Shown here piece after piece: positions 1 to 5,009 of a stretch of 5,009 bases of DNA (positions are counted from its first letter, which is position 1; each line of letters opens with the position of its first letter). The DNA lies in the NCBI GenBank assembly GCA_963693365.1, contig CAVNZM010000137.1, positions 1-5,009 of the forward strand, written 5' to 3'. Below the pieces are notes generated by a model. It made no database searches. It was not told the origin of the DNA and saw nothing but the letters and a program-made list of their open reading frames with translations. Made by a program: the position numbers and the translations under genes. This stretch comes from Amoebidium appalachense (Eukaryota > Protista > Ichthyosporea).

Positions 1-13
1 CACACACGCACAA

Positions 14-54
<41 letters not shown>

Positions 55-99
55 TAGACACACACACACACAGTTACACACACACACACGCACACACAC
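1..99. repeat. Compound microsatellite (CA)n-(GA)n-(CA)n
   Basis: Imperfect CA 1-30, (GA)12 31-54, CA 59-72 and imperfect CA 76-99; runs off the window edge. Confidence 0.95.
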
Positions 100-158
100 C
101 GGGCCTAGGTATACGTCGTATGGTGGCGAAGCTATTTTGGTGGTCGTCACATGTGGTC

Positions 159-185
159 GGGGGGGGGGGGGGGGGGGGGGGGGGG
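159..185. repeat. Poly-G homopolymer (G27)
   Basis: Directly visible run. Confidence 0.95.
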
Positions 186-277
186 AGGACAGTGTACAAC
201 ATTTTTTCCTGTTCTGTTAAGGTCTGTTTTTCGGGATTCATGAGTAACATAACACTTGTGCAGATGAATGTGCCTGA

Positions 278-305
278 CCCCCCCCCCCCCCCCCCCCCCC
301 CCCCC
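278..305. repeat. Poly-C homopolymer (C28)
   Basis: Directly visible run. Confidence 0.95.
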
Positions 306-344
306 TCGCCCGGCCCATACATACACAGTTGTACACATACGCGC

Positions 345-359
345 TTTTTTTTTTTTTTT
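345..359. repeat. Poly-T tract (T15)
   Basis: Directly visible run. Confidence 0.9.
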
Positions 360-814
360 CCACGTTTTTTTCCCGAAGGACCCTTGCAGGCCATCTAGGG
401 AAACTACCGTCTACCACAGAGCACCGACAGTACAGAAGTTACAAGCTCAGCTAAGTATTTAAACCATCATTCAAAAACCTATTATAAGTACACACTTTGC
501 CCAGGGTTATTACCCCAGCCACGCCGGCAGAAGGCACCAGTCCTCCGCTCCAATCACTGTCCTAAGAATAAACGTTAATCACGGGCTCTCATTGGTCGGT
601 CTACAGTAGTGGAATTTATTGTGCGTTGCATTGTTGTTAACGGGTTTAGGGGGTTATGATGGGGTGGGGTTCCAGCGGTGGTGGGGGGTTCCTTGCTAAT
701 AATATATGTTGTTGTACATACTTTTTGGCGGTCACTCTATTGTGAACTTCAAGGTGTGGCTTGCAGGGCACTGTGGGTCGATGGGGTCTGCTTCCGGGAT
801 AAAACAGAATCAGT

Positions 815-879
815 AAAAAAAAAAAAAAAAAGGAAAGAAAAAAAAAAAGAAAAAATTTCAAACCCCCCCCCCCCCCCCC
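815..879. repeat. A-rich tract (A17 plus further A runs) followed by C17
   Basis: A run 815-831, A-rich to ~855, C run 863-879. Confidence 0.9.
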
Positions 880-917
880 AGGAATGCATACGTGTGCAGC
901 ACATAAATATGCTCATG

Positions 918-918
<1 letters not shown>

Positions 919-975
<57 letters not shown>

Positions 976-1058
976 GCATACCGTCACACACACACACACA
1001 TGCATGCATACACACGAACACGCGCACACACGCGCACATGCACACACTCACATACACA
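919..1058. repeat. (CA)25 microsatellite with degenerate CA/CG/TA extension
   Basis: Perfect CA repeat 919-968, then imperfect alternating purine-pyrimidine sequence to ~1058. Confidence 0.95.
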
Positions 1059-1164
1059 TCTAACGCATCTTCGATCTCTTCTAGTTCCGGCGTGTATGTA
1101 TGTGCATATTCGCTGTGCACAGCCTTTCCGAACGGGGCAAATTCGCCACAGAAACATGTATGGT

Positions 1165-1320
1165 AAAGAGAAAGGGAGGTGAGGGGGAGAGGTCGAGGGG
1201 ATATGAAACCGAGGGGGGGAGGGGGGGAGGAGGGGGCTGGGGGAGAGAGCGGGGAATGGGCCGCCGGGTGGGTGAGGGGTTTTTGGGGGGGGGGGGGGAG
1301 GGGGACGGAGAGGATGGAAC
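1165..1320 (+). repeat. G-rich low-complexity polypurine block 1
   Basis: Many runs of 3 or more G with short spacers, strongly G/A-biased on the + strand. Confidence 0.85.
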
Positions 1321-1805
1321 ATTCCACAAGAAGCAGGATAAGCCTCAGAGTAGGCAGGAAAGGGTCGTGAACAAAACACAAAATTCATAACTGAGGCGAG
1401 TACGATAATAATTGGTGTCTCTATTTTTATTATCCAACCCGACCCAGTTGAAAATTAAAAAAAAAATTAGAAAGCATAGTTCTAACTTCTTCCCGCTTCT
1501 CAGAGCCGCTGCCCAGCTGGTAAAAGAGAATTCGATGTTTTCGAGGGTTTTTTTCGGGTTTGAACAGCCAGGCTGAGCACACATCTACACGTGGGTGCTT
1601 AAAAACGCTTAATCAGAGGGAGGAGAAGTTACTTCCTATGGCATTGTGTTGCTTAACTTGGCACATTCATCAAGTTTGAAAAAGGGTGTACAAAGGGTTT
1701 ACACTTTGATGTTGCATAAGAATGAATATAGTTTTTTTCCTTGCGAAATCGTGATCAGAAGGGGCTCCCTTTTTGTATATCTTCCTCCGCCTGGTAGTTT
1801 GACTC

Positions 1806-2295
1806 GAGAGAGGGGAATGGGGGGGTGGGGGGTGTATGTGTGTGTGGGGGGGGGGGAGGGGGCGGGGGGGAGGGGGGGGGGGGGGGGGGGGGAAGCAGGG
1901 AGGGAGAAAGGGAGAAGTAGGGGAAGCAGGGAGGGAGAAAGGGAGAGAGGGAGGGGAAGAGAGAGGAGGGGGGAAGAGGGGGAGATAGGGAGATGGGGGC
2001 CCGGGGGAGAGGCCTAGGGGGAGATTGGGGGGGAGGGGGGGGGGGGGGGAGAAGAGCGGGGGCGGGGCTAAGGGAACTCAAGGGGGCCAGGGGGGGAGGG
2101 GGGGAGGGGGGGGGGGGGGGGAGGGAGGGAGAGAGAGAGAGAGGGAGGGAGAGAGGGGGGGGGGGGAGGGGGGGGAGAGGGAAAGAAGGAGAGAGGGTGT
2201 CAGAGGGGAAGAGAGCTCGAGTCCGTCAGAGGAAGAAGGAGAAGGAGAGAGGGAGCTCGCCGACTCGGGAGAGAGGAAGGGGGGAGAGAGAGGGC
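1806..2295 (+). repeat. G-rich low-complexity polypurine block 2 (~490 bp)
   Basis: Mostly G and A on the + strand, with several long G runs (e.g. 1872-1892) and GA repeats. Confidence 0.9.
1889..1946 (+). repeat. 27-bp perfect direct repeat, 31-bp period
   Basis: GGGGAAGCAGGGAGGGAGAAAGGGAGA at 1889-1915 and 1920-1946. Confidence 0.85.
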
Positions 2296-2630
2296 CACTG
2301 GGAGTCTACGGACCAACTAACTTGGCAACTAAGTGATTGTTGCCTAAAATAGGTAAACAGCTGTGTACAGCGCAACCATTTTTATTGGGCCCTGATTACG
2401 TAATCATGAAGTCATCAAAATATAGCAAGAACCAAGATCAGGGGGGCTTTATCTGCCAGAAGAATAAATTGAGGCTTAGGGTAGAAAGAACATTTTATAT
2501 TACATAACTCCCTGACGACGCTGGGGCTATGCCGGGTGGAAGGTTGCACCAGCAGTTATCACTGCCTTCGAACTGGACTACTGATTACTTACTTTCTTTA
2601 AGTCATATCATATATTGTATTATCATTAAT

Positions 2631-2638
2631 TATAAATA
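2631..2638 (+). promoter_or_regulatory. Candidate TATA box (TATAAATA) in an AT-rich patch
   Basis: Canonical TATAWAW match in the AT-rich stretch ~2590-2660, about 360 bp upstream of the ATG. No transcript evidence, and several ATGs intervene. Confidence 0.3.
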
Positions 2639-2995
2639 TAATTCACTTCTTAACATACCATGAACCGAATTTCAGGAAAAGCGGGGTTGCAATAGCCTAA
2701 AGATCTCTCATGACTGAGCCGGGGCACAGCCCGTGCACTTCGGAAAAGTTTGTTGATGACAGGTGTGTGAGACTGTGCGGGCATGTAGTTTACTGTAGAC
2801 TCCGGGAAACGTCTGACAGACAGAAACAACCTCCAAACACAACACGCCTATGGCATACGTAGACCATTTACTGTGTTTTTCACCTGTCACCACGTTCTTT
2901 TAAAGACGACTTGCGCCCTCACTAAACACATACACGTGCTGCACGCACTCACACACACACCGGTACCAAGCTTCGAGCGCGAAGCCTTTGACACG

Positions 2996-3064
2996 ATGTC
3001 TTTGGCCAGAAAAATAGACTTTTTCTTTTTCCTATTTCTCGGCATTTCTTCTACCGTATACGCC
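2996..3064 (+). other. Predicted signal peptide (aa 1-23)
   Basis: Basic n-region (RK), hydrophobic core FFFFLFLGI, small-residue cleavage motif V-Y-A|G. Confidence 0.75.
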
Positions 3065-4486
3065 GGTCCCAACATCGAAGACATTAAAGGAAGCTGGCCA
3101 GGCGCAAAGTGGCACAGTGCCCTGACCCGTCCCGTCCCGCTTACCCCAGGCCAAGTCAGCAATGACTGGCATGAGATCATCGTTCCCGCGGGTCCTATTT
3201 CCGTGTTTTACTTTCAGGCGGAGATAGTGGAAAAAGATGCAGAGGGTAACATCATTCCTGTACCTACTACCGAGGCATACCTACATCATCATCTTGTTGG
3301 TAGCTCGCACAACAACAACAAGGCATTCGCAAATATATGGACACCGATGAAACCCCCCAACTCGAAAGTTCACCGTGCCATAGGCTTCGGCGCGGGTGCA
3401 GAGGCGCGCAAAACCGCCCAGGCTTTCAAACCCTCCTTTGCATTTGTCACCGAACCTGGTGAGACATCGTGGTGGGCGAACGTTCACATCATCAACATGC
3501 GTACCCTTAGCGAAGAAAACGCGCACAGGTGCCTCGAGTGCCCGTGCACCACAGAGGACATTTTCGACAAGCAAAGGCACACCCTCAATGGTGTTCCTTT
3601 TGACGGGGAAGATGCGTGCAACAGACAGCTGCTTACAGAAAACAATACCGGCTGCTACTTAGATGGCTATTATGGGGGTTTGCATTGCTGCGAACATGGG
3701 GAGTATTGTCAGGAAAAGGAAACTCTTGCAAAGGGACCTGTGAGCACTTTTTATCTTCGCTACACCATCGGCTATGTTGAGACGACGAATAACATACGTC
3801 CCTTGTTTGTCGCTGCTTGTTGTGATGCTACCGGGTATGGTAATAATAGCGGGAACACGGAATACGACGTTCCTAAATGTGATACCACACGCACACCTGT
3901 ATGTGTGCACACACTCTCTACTGTGCAGTATGTGGGTGATGCTGTACCGTGGCTGTACGGAGGCCGCGAGCGTGAGCACATGGTGAAAACGGACAAACCC
4001 GTAGACTTGGTGTATGCGCTTGCTCACCAACACCGTGGAGGAATGGGTGTTTTTCTCTATGATGACGCGACGGGAGAGCTCATCTGCGCATCATCACCTC
4101 ACTATGGAACGGGGACGGAGGCTGGAAACGAAAACGGATATGTTACTGAGATGTCTTCGTGTGTTTTTGACCCCCCAAGACGTATGCGCACAACAGATAA
4201 GGTGAAGATAGTGGCTTTGTATAACAGCACTGTTGCTCACACTGGGGTTATGTCTCTGTTCTACCTTGCACTTACAGATATAGTTAACAACACGAACGAT
4301 ATTTCTGCACCTATTCTCGGAAAAACACACGAAAATGTGCCAAGTTATCTTACGAATTATTGGTTTGGTGTTGTGTTTGCAATTGGGTTATTGTGTGGGC
4401 TTGTGGTTGGACTGGTGGGTCTGACAGTGGCGAATCGGCCCAAGGTGAAAGAGAGCGAGAGTGTTGATTCTTTGCTTTCCGAATAG
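2996..4486 (+). CDS. Stress up-regulated Nod 19 (SURNod19/MtN19-like) family protein, 496 aa, predicted type I membrane protein; putative copper monooxygenase-like fold
   Basis: Long uninterrupted high-complexity ORF (track 2873..4486 opens at a GTG). The first in-frame ATG is at 2996 (acgATG, A at -3) and is followed directly by a signal peptide, MSLARKIDFFFFLFLGISSTVYA|G. Ordered motifs match my recollection of plant SURNod19: YLHH, GAGAEARKT, WWANVHII, CLECPC, YYGGLHCC, FYLRYT, EYDV, AHQHRGGMG, LICASSPHYGTGTEAGNENGYV..MSSC, HTGVMSLFY. TM helix at aa 456-479; stop TAG 4484-4486. Family call is by motif recognition, not a database search. Confidence 0.9.
   Translation: MSLARKIDFFFFLFLGISSTVYAGPNIEDIKGSWPGAKWHSALTRPVPLTPGQVSNDWHEIIVPAGPISVFYFQAEIVEKDAEGNIIPVPTTEAYLHHHLVGSSHNNNKAFANIWTPMKPPNSKVHRAIGFGAGAEARKTAQAFKPSFAFVTEPGETSWWANVHIINMRTLSEENAHRCLECPCTTEDIFDKQRHTLNGVPFDGEDACNRQLLTENNTGCYLDGYYGGLHCCEHGEYCQEKETLAKGPVSTFYLRYTIGYVETTNNIRPLFVAACCDATGYGNNSGNTEYDVPKCDTTRTPVCVHTLSTVQYVGDAVPWLYGGREREHMVKTDKPVDLVYALAHQHRGGMGVFLYDDATGELICASSPHYGTGTEAGNENGYVTEMSSCVFDPPRRMRTTDKVKIVALYNSTVAHTGVMSLFYLALTDIVNNTNDISAPILGKTHENVPSYLTNYWFGVVFAIGLLCGLVVGLVGLTVANRPKVKESESVDSLLSE
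4361..4432 (+). other. Predicted C-terminal transmembrane helix (aa 456-479)
   Basis: WFGVVFAIGLLCGLVVGLVGLTVA: 24 uncharged residues followed by basic NRPKVK (positive-inside) and a 17-aa tail. Confidence 0.85.
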
Positions 4487-4841
4487 GTTAATATCCACAT
4501 GCCATATTCTTATGCCACGGTGCATGACCGCATCATTCTCGATGTAAATAGAGTTTGCCTGCACACTGATATACAAAACAGAAAGGGGGCATTGCCCCGG
4601 AAAGCGAATAGGCGCGTAATTGTGTGTATATGTATGCATATACTATACTTGGATTCAATATTACGGAGGGTCGTGGGATGGTTACTACTTTTGGACACGT
4701 GAATTTATAACATGAACTTCCCATGCCGTGTACGTGGCCATTCGATTACGTCCGTAAATATAATGTGCGCATGCGCAAGTGCAGCCGGTTATGTATTGAT
4801 GTGCTATTACTGTACCATAGCCTCTCCCCTTTTTCGCCGGA

Positions 4842-4884
4842 TCCCTCCCCCCCCCCTCCCTGTCTCCCCCCTCCCCCTCCTCCC
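4842..4884. repeat. C-rich polypyrimidine tract (G-rich on the - strand)
   Basis: Multiple C runs separated by T. Confidence 0.85.
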
Positions 4885-5009
4885 GCTGCCACAATGGCCG
4901 TGAATTCGAAAGGCATTCTGAAAGAAAAAAAGATTATAAAAGATCAGTTTAGGACAAAAGAAAACATCTACATATCTCCCTAACTCCTTGGCCCCCATCC
5001 ACGTGCACC

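Noticed and set aside
642-656. Telomere-like GGGTTTAGGG
   Set aside because: Single unit, not an array.
593-680. Possible tRNA/SINE or snRNA (A-box-like TAGTGG, B-box-like GGTTCCAGC, Sm-like AATTTATTG)
   Set aside because: No cloverleaf or snRNA stems could be built, and the motif matches are imperfect.
1681-1702. 11-bp tandem AAAGGGTGTAC/AAAGGGTTTAC
   Set aside because: Two copies with a mismatch; trivial local duplication.
1654-2327. 10-bp direct repeat TAACTTGGCA (1654, 2318) and 8-bp inverted repeat GACTCGAG/CTCGAGTC (1801, 2216) around G-block 2 as possible TSD/TIR
   Set aside because: Short, not coincident with each other or with both block boundaries, and expected by chance.
74-2352. 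Many poly-Gly/poly-Pro/HT/CV/RE-rich ORFs (e.g. 678..1166, 749..1381, 1646..2017, 1993..2352)
   Set aside because: Stop-free frames produced by homopolymers and microsatellites, open in several frames on both strands and with no domain-like content.
2959-2973. Adjacent AgeI/KpnI/HindIII sites (ACCGGTACCAAGCTT) resembling a polylinker
   Set aside because: Only three sites and no other vector sequence nearby; most likely chance.
2873-2995. 41-aa N-terminal extension from the GTG start in the ORF track
   Set aside because: Non-ATG start in a eukaryotic context, partly a translated CA repeat, and it would bury the signal peptide that begins at ATG 2996.
4543-4547. TGTAA, a green-algal-type polyadenylation signal ~57 nt after the stop
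   Set aside because: A 5-mer arises often by chance and the host lineage is unknown; it cannot be supported without 3' end data.
2887-4639. Short antisense and alternate-frame ORFs overlapping the main CDS
   Set aside because: Shadow ORFs of a real gene, with no recognisable motifs.
4657-4757. Stowaway-like terminus ACGGAGGG and 7-bp inverted pair TTACGGA/TCCGTAA
   Set aside because: No matching CTCCCTCCGT partner end or TA target-site duplication; too short to call a MITE.
1-5009. CRISPR array, transposase or prokaryotic operon/defence system
   Set aside because: No regularly spaced repeats with unique spacers, no transposase/RT motifs and only one credible gene; the sequence is eukaryote-like.

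Overview
Eukaryotic genomic DNA. The first ~2.3 kb is non-coding and low-complexity: (CA)n/(GA)n microsatellites, G/C/A/T homopolymers and two G-rich polypurine blocks. An AT-richer putative promoter region follows. The only credible gene is an intronless + strand CDS, most likely 2996..4486 (496 aa), recognisable by motifs as a Stress up-regulated Nod 19 (SURNod19/MtN19-like) family protein with a signal peptide and a C-terminal transmembrane anchor. The most interesting observation is that this functionally uncharacterised protein carries a complete, correctly spaced set of PHM/DBH-type copper monooxygenase ligands (HH...H and HxH...M), separated by a 12-Cys insert. This suggests a membrane-anchored two-copper monooxygenase of the secretory pathway. 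The other tracked ORFs appear to be by-products of repeats or of overlap with this CDS. No searches were run; family assignments come from motif recall.
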